From assembly GCA_044866005.1 (NCBI GenBank), contig JBIOTN010000051.1:1-34833 (forward strand): DNA of 34,833 nucleotides, written 5' to 3'. How positions within the stretch are numbered: position 1 is the stretch's first letter; each line of letters begins with the position of its first letter. Shown piece after piece: positions 25,775-34,833 of this stretch. The DNA comes from Candidatus Rokuibacteriota bacterium. GTDB taxonomy: Bacteria > Methylomirabilota > Methylomirabilia > Rokubacteriales > DASRDR01. Under the pieces are notes generated by a model. It made no database searches and was not told where the DNA came from. It worked only from the letters and a program-made list of their open reading frames with translations. Made by a program: the position numbers and the translations under genes.

Positions 25775-26326
25775 ATGGACGAGGTTGCAGTACTGGTGCT
25801 CAATGGCAGTTTCGAGCCCCTCCACTTCACGAATGCCCGCCGCGCCATCACCCTCCTCCTGTCCGGGAAGGCGGAGAGCGTCGAGCCCTCGCCGCGCGTC
25901 GTGCGCTCCCCGTCCCGGAGCTTCACGCTGCCCTCGGTGATCCGGCTGGCGATCTACATCCGGAAGCCGTTCGTCGAGCGCGTCGCCTTCAACAAGAAGA
26001 ACATCCTGCGGCGGGACCACTACACCTGCCAGTACTGCGCGCGGCGCGGCGACCGGCTCACGGTCGACCACGTCCTGCCGCGCTCGCGCGGCGGGGAGAC
26101 GACGTGGACGAACGTCGTGGCGGCGTGCCTCCGCTGCAACCTCCAGAAGGGCAACCGGACGCTGGCCGAAGCGGGGATGGCCCTCGTCCACCCGCCCGCG
26201 CACCCGCAGTTCCTCTTCTCCATCCACCTGCTGCGGCACCCCCACGCGGCGCTCTTCCTCGACGCGTGGCGGAAGTACCTCGCCGTGGTGCCGGCGGCGC
26301 TCCCCACCGCCGCCTCCGTCGTCTGA
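25775..26326 (+). CDS. HNH endonuclease (McrA/HNH_5-like)
   Basis: [39 protein letters not shown] and [17 protein letters not shown]. Confidence 0.9.
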   Translation: MDEVAVLVLNGSFEPLHFTNARRAITLLLSGKAESVEPSPRVVRSPSRSFTLPSVIRLAIYIRKPFVERVAFNKKNILRRDHYTCQYCARRGDRLTVDHVLPRSRGGETTWTNVVAACLRCNLQKGNRTLAEAGMALVHPPAHPQFLFSIHLLRHPHAALFLDAWRKYLAVVPAALPTAASVV

Positions 26327-26360
26327 GCGCCGGGCCGACCGGCCACCGGCTATCCGGGCC

Positions 26361-28352
<1,992 letters not shown>

Positions 28353-28426
28353 CGCCGGGCCGATAAGCGTCGCATCTCGGCGTGCTCGGTCGTCCTGGAC
28401 CGGCTCGCTTCTCGGCCGGCGGCGCG

Positions 28427-28455
28427 TTGCCGCCGCGGAACTCGCGGCCTAGAAT
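28427..28455 (+). promoter_or_regulatory. sigma70 promoter directly before uvrC (probably leaderless)
   Basis: TTGCCG (28427-28432), 17-bp spacer, TAGAAT (28450-28455). The GTG start is 5 nt downstream with no SD. Confidence 0.6.
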
Positions 28456-28460
28456 ATGGC

Positions 28461-30353
28461 GTGTCCACCACGCTGACGGAGAAGCTCGAGCGGCTCCCCG
28501 ACCGGCCCGGCGTCTACCTCTACAAGGACGCCCGCGCGCAGGTCATCTACATTGGCAAGGCCGCCTCCCTAAGAGGGCGGATTCGCTCGTATTTCCAGAC
28601 ATCCCGCGTCCGGGATGCCAAGACCGACGCGCTGATCGATTCGATCCAGGACCTCGACTACATCGTCACGGCCAACGAGCTCGAGGCGCTGATCCTCGAG
28701 TCGAACCTGGTCAAGCGCCACCGCCCCCGCTACAACATCGTCCTCCGCGACGACAAGCACTACCCCTTCCTCAAGCTGACGAGCCAGGAGGAGTTCCCGC
28801 GCCTCATGGTCGCGCGGCGGGTCGCCAGGGACGGCGCGACCTACTACGGGCCGTTCTACCCCGCCACCGCGCTCCGCGAGACGCTGCGACTCGTGCGGCA
28901 GCTCTTCCCGCTGCGGACGTGCTCCATCAAGATCGACGGCAAGGCGGAGCGCCCCTGCCTGCAGTACTACATCCACCGCTGCAACGCGCCGTGCACCGGG
29001 TGGGAGACGCGCGAGGGCTACAGCGCGACGGTGGCCGACGTCGAGGCCTTCCTGGAAGGGCGGGAGGACGACCTCGCCCGGCGGCTGACGCGCGACATGG
29101 AGGCCGCCGCGGCCGAGCAGAAGTTCGAGCGCGCGGCCATCCTGCGCGACCAGATCCAGGCCCTCCACAAGGTCCGCGAGTCCCAGAAGATCATCTCCAC
29201 GGACCAGGAGGACCAGGACATCGTCGGCCTGGCCCGGCAGGGCTCGGAGGCGTGCGTCCAGGTCTTCTTCGTGCGCAAGGGGCGCCTGCTCGGCCGCGAG
29301 TCCTTCTTCTTCGACCGGCTGCTCGGCGCGACCGACGGCGAGGTGCTCTCCGCGTTCATCCGGCAGTTCTACACGAAGAATGTCGTCCCGCCGCGGGAGC
29401 TGCTCCTCTCCGCGACGATTCCCGAGGGCGAGCTGGTGGAGGCCTGGCTCGGCAAGATGCGCGGAGGGCGCGTCGAGCTGACGGTCCCGCAGCGCGGCCG
29501 CAAGCGCGAGCTCTGCGCCATGGCGGAGGAGAACGCGGCGCTCGCCCTCCAGACGCACCTCCTCTCCCGCGACAGCCGCCGCCAGGTGGTCGTGGAAGAC
29601 CTCCAGCGGAGCCTGAACCTCCCCGGGCTCCCGCACCGCATCGAGGCCTTCGACATCTCGAACATCCAGGGCACGGAGGCGGTCGGCTCGATGGTCGTCT
29701 GGGAGGCGGGCGGCATGAAGAAGGACGACTACAAGCGCTTCCGCATCCGCACGGTGCCGGGCGCCGACGACTACGCGATGATGGCGGAGGTGCTCCGTCG
29801 GCGTTACGGGAAGGCCCTGGAGGAAGGCGGCGTGCTCCCGGACCTGGTCCTCCTCGACGGTGGGCGCGGTCAGCTGAACGTCGGCGTGCGGATCCTGGAG
29901 GAGCTGGGGCTCGACTTCCTCCCCATCGTCGCGCTGGCGAAGCGCGAGGAGGAGGTGTACCACCCGGAAAGCCTCCACCCGCTCGTCCTGGACCCCGCCG
30001 CTCCGGCGCTCCACACGCTCCAGCGGATCCGTGACGAGGCCCACCGCTTCGCCATCACCTACCACAAGACGCTCCGGCAGAAGCGCACGCTCCAGTCGGT
30101 CCTCGATCAGATCCCCGGCATCGGGCCGACCCTCCGCACGAACCTCCTGCGCCATCTGGGCTCCGCGCGACGGGTCCGCGAGGCGTCGGTCGCCGAGCTG
30201 GCCGCGGTCCCCAAGATCACCCCGAAGCTGGCCCAGCGGATCCACGAGTTCTTCCACCCCAAGCTCGCCACCACGGAGGTCCAGGTCGACGAGGCGCCGG
30301 CCCCGGCCGGCGCGGCCGAGGCGGTCCAGCCCCCCGCGACCGGACAGGCCTGA
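28461..30353 (+). CDS. uvrC: Excinuclease ABC subunit C
   Basis: GIY-YIG (PGVYLY...IYIGKA), Cys cluster, UVR, RNase H-like RIEAFDISN, DGGRGQL, RDEAHRFA and HhH IPGIGP. Confidence 0.98.
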   Translation: MSTTLTEKLERLPDRPGVYLYKDARAQVIYIGKAASLRGRIRSYFQTSRVRDAKTDALIDSIQDLDYIVTANELEALILESNLVKRHRPRYNIVLRDDKHYPFLKLTSQEEFPRLMVARRVARDGATYYGPFYPATALRETLRLVRQLFPLRTCSIKIDGKAERPCLQYYIHRCNAPCTGWETREGYSATVADVEAFLEGREDDLARRLTRDMEAAAAEQKFERAAILRDQIQALHKVRESQKIISTDQEDQDIVGLARQGSEACVQVFFVRKGRLLGRESFFFDRLLGATDGEVLSAFIRQFYTKNVVPPRELLLSATIPEGELVEAWLGKMRGGRVELTVPQRGRKRELCAMAEENAALALQTHLLSRDSRRQVVVEDLQRSLNLPGLPHRIEAFDISNIQGTEAVGSMVVWEAGGMKKDDYKRFRIRTVPGADDYAMMAEVLRRRYGKALEEGGVLPDLVLLDGGRGQLNVGVRILEELGLDFLPIVALAKREEEVYHPESLHPLVLDPAAPALHTLQRIRDEAHRFAITYHKTLRQKRTLQSVLDQIPGIGPTLRTNLLRHLGSARRVREASVAELAAVPKITPKLAQRIHEFFHPKLATTEVQVDEAPAPAGAAEAVQPPATGQA

Positions 30354-30443
30354 CGGCGCGGAAGCCCGCGCCAATCTTGCGTTCGCGCGCGATCTCTGGT
30401 AACAATCGTGGGAATTCGCGCGGGAGGAGGCCCGGGGAGCGCC

Positions 30444-32942
30444 GTGGGCCTGGAGCGCAAGGACCACTATCCGTTCGCGGACGTCGAGGCCAGGTGGCAG
30501 CGGCGATGGGAGGAGCGCGCGCTCTTCCGGGTCCACGAGGCGCCGGACCGGCCGAAGTACTACTGCCTGGAGATGTTCCCCTACCCCTCGGGCCGGATCC
30601 ACATGGGCCACGTCCGCAACTACGCGATCGGGGACGTGGTCAGCCGCTACAAGCGCATGCGCGGCTACAACGTCCTCCACCCGATGGGCTGGGACGCCTT
30701 CGGGCTGCCCGCCGAGAACGCCGCGATCGAGCACGGCGTCCACCCCGCCGTCTGGACCTACGAGAACATCGAGACCATGAAAGCCCAGATGAAGAAGCTC
30801 GGGATCTCGTACGACTGGGAGCGCGAGGTGGCCACGTGCGATCCCGACTACTACCGCTGGGAGCAGCTCATCTTCGTCCGGATGTTCGAGCGGGGCCTCG
30901 CCTACAAGAAGCGCGGCACCGTGAACTGGTGCCCCTCCTGCCAGACCGTCCTCGCCAACGAGCAGGTCGAGGCGGGGCGGTGCTGGCGGTGCGACACCGA
31001 GGTGATCCCGCAGCAGGTGGAGGGCTGGTACTTCAAGATCACCGCGTACGCCGAGGAGCTCCTCACGTGGTGCGACCGGCTGCCCGGCTGGCCCGAGCGC
31101 GTCCTCACCATGCAGCGCAACTGGATCGGCAAGAGCGAGGGCGCCGAGTTCGACCTGCCGGTGGCAGGGCGGGCCGGGCTCGCCATCCGCGTCTTCACCA
31201 CGCGCCCCGACACCTCGTTCGGGATGACCTACGCCGTCCTCGCCCCGGAGCATCCCCTGGTGGACACCCTCGTGACGGACGCCGGCGAGCGGGCCGCCGT
31301 GGCCGCCTTCCGCGCCGAGGTCGCGCGCCAGAGCGAGATCGAGCGACTGGCGACGGACCGGCCGAAGCGGGGGCTCCGGCTCCGGGCGCGCGCGGTCAAT
31401 CCCTTCACCCAGACCGAGATCCCGCTCTTCCTCGCCGACTACGTCCTCATGGGTTACGGCACGGGCGCGATCATGGCGGTCCCCGGCGAGGACCAGCGCG
31501 ACTGGGACTTCGCGACCGCCCAGGGGCTGCCCATCGTCGAGACCACGTCGCGCCCGCCCGGCTGGAACGGGGAGGCCTACACGGGGGACGGGACCAAGAT
31601 CAACTCCGGCTTCCTCGACGGCCTCACCGTCGCCGACGCCAAGCGGAAGGCGATCGACTGGCTGGTCGCCCGCGGGATCGGCGAGGCGAAGGTGAACTAC
31701 CGGCTCCGGGACTGGGGGATCAGCCGTCAGCGCTACTGGGGCGCCCCCATCCCCATCGTCTACTGCGCCACGTGCGGCACGGTGCCCGAGCGGCCCGAGA
31801 ACCTTCCCGTGGTCCTCCCCCGGAACGTCCAGATCACGGGGAAGGGCGGCTCGCCGCTCGCCGACGTGCCGGGCTTCGTGAACGCGCGATGTCCGCGCTG
31901 CGGCGGTCCGGGAAGGCGCGAGACGGACACGATGGACACGTTCGTCGAGTCCGCGTGGTACTTCCTCCGCTACTGCTCGCCGAAGTTCCAGGGCGGGATG
32001 GTGGAGCCCGCGGCCGCGCAGTACTGGATGCCGGTCGACCAGTACATCGGGGGGATCGAGCACGCCATCCTTCACCTGCTCTACGCCCGGTTCTACACGA
32101 AGGTGCTGCGGGACCTCGGGCTCTTCCGGATCGACGAGCCGTTCCAGAACCTCCTCACGCAGGGCATGGTGATCAAGGACGGCGCCAAGATGTCGAAGTC
32201 CAAGGGGAACGTCGTGGACCCCGACGAGCTGATCGCGACCTACGGCGCCGACACCGCGCGGCTGTTCTCGCTCTTCGCCGCGCCGCCGGAAAAGGATCTG
32301 GAGTGGAGCGAGCAGGGGGTGGAGGGCGCCTTCCGCTTCCTGAACCGGCTGTGGCGCTTCGTGGAGACGCACCGCGCGGCGTTGGGCGCGCGGGACGGAC
32401 CGATCGCGGAGCTCTCCCCGGCGGGGCGCGTGTTCCGCCGGACGGTCCACGAGACGATCCAGCGCGTGACGGACGACATCGAGGACCGCTTCCACTTCAA
32501 CACCGCGATCAGCGCGGTCCACGAGCTGGTCAACGCGCTCCACGCCTTCGCCGGCGAGTCGCTCGACCGGATGTCGGGCCAGGAGCGGGAGAGCCTCCTG
32601 CGCGAAGGGACCGAGACCGTCCTCCTGCTCCTCGCGCCGTTCGCCCCGCACATCATCGAGGAGCTGTGGTCGGGGCTGGGCCACCGGACGAGCGTGCTCC
32701 AGGAGCCGTGGCCGACCGCCGACGCGACCGCGCTCACGCGGGAGGCCGTCCTCATCGTCGTCCAGGTGGACGGGCGGGTCCGCGCGCGGCTCGCGGTGCC
32801 GCCCGGGATCGGCGAGGAGAGCCTGAAAGCGCAGGCCCTGGCCGACTCCAAGGTGCGGCCGTGGGTGGAGTCGCGGGCGGTCGACCGCGTCGTCGTCGTC
32901 CCCGGGCGGCTGGTCAACATCGTCACCCGGGGGGAGGGCTGA
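30444..32942 (+). CDS. leuS: Leucine--tRNA ligase
   Basis: MFPYPSGRIHMGH, GWDAFGLPAENAA, editing domain VFTTRPDT, RDWGISRQRYWG and KMSKSKGN. Start taken at GTG 30444 after GGAG; the ORF track begins at 30408. Confidence 0.97.
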   Translation: MGLERKDHYPFADVEARWQRRWEERALFRVHEAPDRPKYYCLEMFPYPSGRIHMGHVRNYAIGDVVSRYKRMRGYNVLHPMGWDAFGLPAENAAIEHGVHPAVWTYENIETMKAQMKKLGISYDWEREVATCDPDYYRWEQLIFVRMFERGLAYKKRGTVNWCPSCQTVLANEQVEAGRCWRCDTEVIPQQVEGWYFKITAYAEELLTWCDRLPGWPERVLTMQRNWIGKSEGAEFDLPVAGRAGLAIRVFTTRPDTSFGMTYAVLAPEHPLVDTLVTDAGERAAVAAFRAEVARQSEIERLATDRPKRGLRLRARAVNPFTQTEIPLFLADYVLMGYGTGAIMAVPGEDQRDWDFATAQGLPIVETTSRPPGWNGEAYTGDGTKINSGFLDGLTVADAKRKAIDWLVARGIGEAKVNYRLRDWGISRQRYWGAPIPIVYCATCGTVPERPENLPVVLPRNVQITGKGGSPLADVPGFVNARCPRCGGPGRRETDTMDTFVESAWYFLRYCSPKFQGGMVEPAAAQYWMPVDQYIGGIEHAILHLLYARFYTKVLRDLGLFRIDEPFQNLLTQGMVIKDGAKMSKSKGNVVDPDELIATYGADTARLFSLFAAPPEKDLEWSEQGVEGAFRFLNRLWRFVETHRAALGARDGPIAELSPAGRVFRRTVHETIQRVTDDIEDRFHFNTAISAVHELVNALHAFAGESLDRMSGQERESLLREGTETVLLLLAPFAPHIIEELWSGLGHRTSVLQEPWPTADATALTREAVLIVVQVDGRVRARLAVPPGIGEESLKAQALADSKVRPWVESRAVDRVVVVPGRLVNIVTRGEG

Positions 32943-33454
32943 TGGCCGCGCGCCTCGGGGCCGCCCTCGCGCTGGCGGGGGCCGTGCTCGTCGCCGGCTG
33001 CGGTTACTCCTTGCGGCCGAGTCTCCCCGCGAACATCAAGACCGTCCACATCCCCGTCCTCACGAACAAGACGCAGGAGCCCGGGATCGAGGACTTCCTG
33101 ACCCAGGCGCTCACCCAGGCGCTCGTGACCAGCGGGCTGGCGAAGATGGCGCCGAACGCCGAGGCGGCGGACGCGATCCTGGAAGGGTCGATCGTCGAGT
33201 ACAACCTCACCTCGCTCGCCTTCAACCGCACGGCGAACGTCACGCAGTACCGGCTCCAGATCGGGATGACGCTCACCTTGCGGGACCGGCGGCGGAACGA
33301 GGTCGTGTGGCGCTCCGAGCGGATCTCCGAGCACGCCGACTTCCCGGTGGCGGGCCAGGTGACCACCACCCTGGTCCGCGAGGAGGCGGCGGTGCGCAAG
33401 GCCGCGGTGGACATCGGGCGGGCCATCGTGAGCCTGGCCTTTGAAGGCTTCTGA
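32942..33454 (+). CDS. lptE: LptE-family lipoprotein (LPS assembly)
   Basis: TGATG overlap with leuS. Lipobox LVAG-C followed by GYSLR. Conserved leuS-lptE-holA synteny. Confidence 0.82.
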   Translation: MAARLGAALALAGAVLVAGCGYSLRPSLPANIKTVHIPVLTNKTQEPGIEDFLTQALTQALVTSGLAKMAPNAEAADAILEGSIVEYNLTSLAFNRTANVTQYRLQIGMTLTLRDRRRNEVVWRSERISEHADFPVAGQVTTTLVREEAAVRKAAVDIGRAIVSLAFEGF

Positions 33455-33561
33455 GAGGCCGTGCCGACGAGCGTCGCATCCCGGCGTCCTCCATCACGGC
33501 CGGGCCGCGCTCGGCCTGCGGATCGAGCGCCGCAGGCGCGAAGAGACGCGGCGGGGAGCTG

Positions 33562-33587
33562 GACGGGGGGCACCGCCCCCCTCCGAA
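33562..33587. repeat. REP-like palindromic element, copy 2
   Basis: GACGGGGGGC-ACC-GCCCCCC-TCCGAA, nearly identical to 3496-3521. Confidence 0.6.
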
Positions 33588-33630
33588 AGATCCTGGGGCT
33601 GCTCCCTTCTCGGCCCGGCGCGGTGATTTG

Positions 33631-34653
33631 GTGGATGCGGTAGCCCTCCTCCGCGACGTCGCCGCCGGCCGCCTCCCCCGTCTCCTCCTGGTCCACGGTC
33701 CCGACGGCCTCCTCGTCGAGGAGGTCGTCGATCGCCTGGCGGCCCGCCTGCTCGCGGACCCCGAGGCCTCGAGCTGGAACCGCGAGGTCTGCTACGCCGA
33801 CAGCGCCGCTCCCGAGGCGATCGTCGAGGCCGGGCTGGCGCTGCCGCTCTTCGGCGGACGCCGGCTCGTCCTGGTCCGCGGGGTGGTCGAGGCGAGCGCG
33901 AAAGTCCTGGAGCGCCTCCGGGCGTCCCTCGACGCGGCCCGCGCGCGGCCCGGCGGCTGGCCCACCGAGGGGACGACCGTCCTTCTCGTCGCGTCGGGCA
34001 TCGAGCGACGGAGCGCGGCGCTCAAGCTCCTGCCCGAGGCCGACCAGGTCGAGGTCCGGCCGCCGACGGGGCGCGCGGTCGTCGGATGGCTCCGGGAACG
34101 GGCACGCGCGGCCGGACTCGAGCTCGCCCCGGCGGCGGCCGAGGCGCTGATCGAGCTGGTGGGAGAGGAGCCTGCCCGGCTGGCGGGCGAGCTCGACAAG
34201 GCCGGCCTGGCCGCGGGCGCCGAGGGCCGGATCACCGAGGAAGCGGTCCGCGCGCTGGTCGGCGAGAGCCGCCTCCGTCAGTACTGGGAGCTCCGGCAGG
34301 CGCTCGAGGACGCCCGGCGGGAGAGCGCCCTCCGCATCCTGGAGCAGCTCCTGGCCTCGGGCGAAGAGCCCACCGTGCTCCTGGGGCAGATCGCCGACCA
34401 CGCGCGCGACCTGTGGCGCGTCAAGGGGGGGCTCGTCGAGGGGCGCGATGCGCGGCGGATCGGCGAGCTCCTGCCGCGCCGCCGCCCGAGCTTCGCGGTG
34501 GAGCGGCTCATGGCGCGGGCGCGCGCGGTTTCCGGGGCCGCCCTCGTGGCGGCGCTGGGGCGCTGCTTCGAGGTCGAGCGAAAGCTCAAGACGAGCGGCG
34601 GGGATCCCCGGGCGCTGCTCACGCTCCTCGTCACCGACCTCACCGCCGCCTGA
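33631..34653 (+). CDS. holA: DNA polymerase III subunit delta
   Basis: LLLVHGPDGLL, LPLFGGRRLVLV, AAEALIELVG, ELDKA and ERKLKTSG. Follows leuS-lptE. Confidence 0.88.
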   Translation: MDAVALLRDVAAGRLPRLLLVHGPDGLLVEEVVDRLAARLLADPEASSWNREVCYADSAAPEAIVEAGLALPLFGGRRLVLVRGVVEASAKVLERLRASLDAARARPGGWPTEGTTVLLVASGIERRSAALKLLPEADQVEVRPPTGRAVVGWLRERARAAGLELAPAAAEALIELVGEEPARLAGELDKAGLAAGAEGRITEEAVRALVGESRLRQYWELRQALEDARRESALRILEQLLASGEEPTVLLGQIADHARDLWRVKGGLVEGRDARRIGELLPRRRPSFAVERLMARARAVSGAALVAALGRCFEVERKLKTSGGDPRALLTLLVTDLTAA

Positions 34654-34765
34654 CCCTGTGGGGCCATGACCGCCGAGGCGATCCCCGGTTCGAGAGAGGG
34701 CGGCCTCCCGCCTCCGACGACGGGCCGGCCGGCGCGGGCTCGGACGAGGGGGAGGCAGGCGCGCG

Positions 34766-34833
34766 CCGTTCGCCGGAGGGCGAACGGTCGGGCTTTGCCC
34801 GAAGCGCCGTCGGAGGGGGACGCCGTCCCCCTC
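34766..34833. repeat. REP-like palindromic element, copy 3 (inverted; may continue past the window edge)
   Basis: Minus strand GAGGGGGAC-GGC-GTCCCCC-TCCGA...CGGGC-AAA-GCCCG, plus hairpin CCGTTCGCC-ggag-GGCGAACGG. Confidence 0.55.

Noticed and set aside
25775..26326. HNH gene as a mobile element, Cas9/IscB fragment or restriction system
   Set aside because: Host-like GC, and no RuvC motifs, methylase, terminal repeats or RNA scaffold nearby.
28569..32684. 1371-aa minus-strand ORF
   Set aside because: Antisense shadow of uvrC and leuS.
30377..33454. 1025-aa ORF suggesting a long LptE fusion or frameshift with leuS
   Set aside because: Only the last ~170 aa (from ATG 32942, with signal peptide and lipobox) are protein-like. 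The rest is an off-frame read of leuS, and the TGATG coupling explains the junction.

Overview
Very GC-rich bacterial chromosome segment. TolC and LptE indicate a diderm cell; the gene style suggests Candidatus Rokubacteria/Methylomirabilota, but that is inference only. From left to right: (1) a minus-strand tetR-MFP-RND-tolC efflux operon with a perfect 22-bp operator; (2) a divergent class II B12-dependent ribonucleotide reductase (nrdJ) with three NrdR-like boxes and a 345-aa LAGLIDADG intein before the CNLGS cysteine; (3) two small hypothetical genes, an NCS2/AzgA-like permease, a monoheme cytochrome c and a threonine-synthase-like PLP enzyme; (4) a GAF hybrid sensor kinase lacking its phospho-His, followed by ppx/gppA; (5) a 1-kb region with a sigma54-like promoter and two small Arg-rich coiled-coil ORFs; (6) a proline/hydroxyproline catabolic cluster (proline dehydrogenase, split aconitase X, a bZIP-like small ORF, a Cys/Cys proline-racemase-family enzyme and a Dpp-type ABC transporter without ATPases); (7) HNH-uvrB-uvrC; (8) leuS-lptE-holA. 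The most notable observations are AT-rich synonymous recoding at two empty known intein sites of nrdJ, three small basic leucine-zipper-like ORFs (one apparently inserted into the catabolic operon between ATGAG repeats), a pseudo-histidine kinase and a dispersed REP-like hairpin family. No rRNA, tRNA, CRISPR array or transposase was seen.
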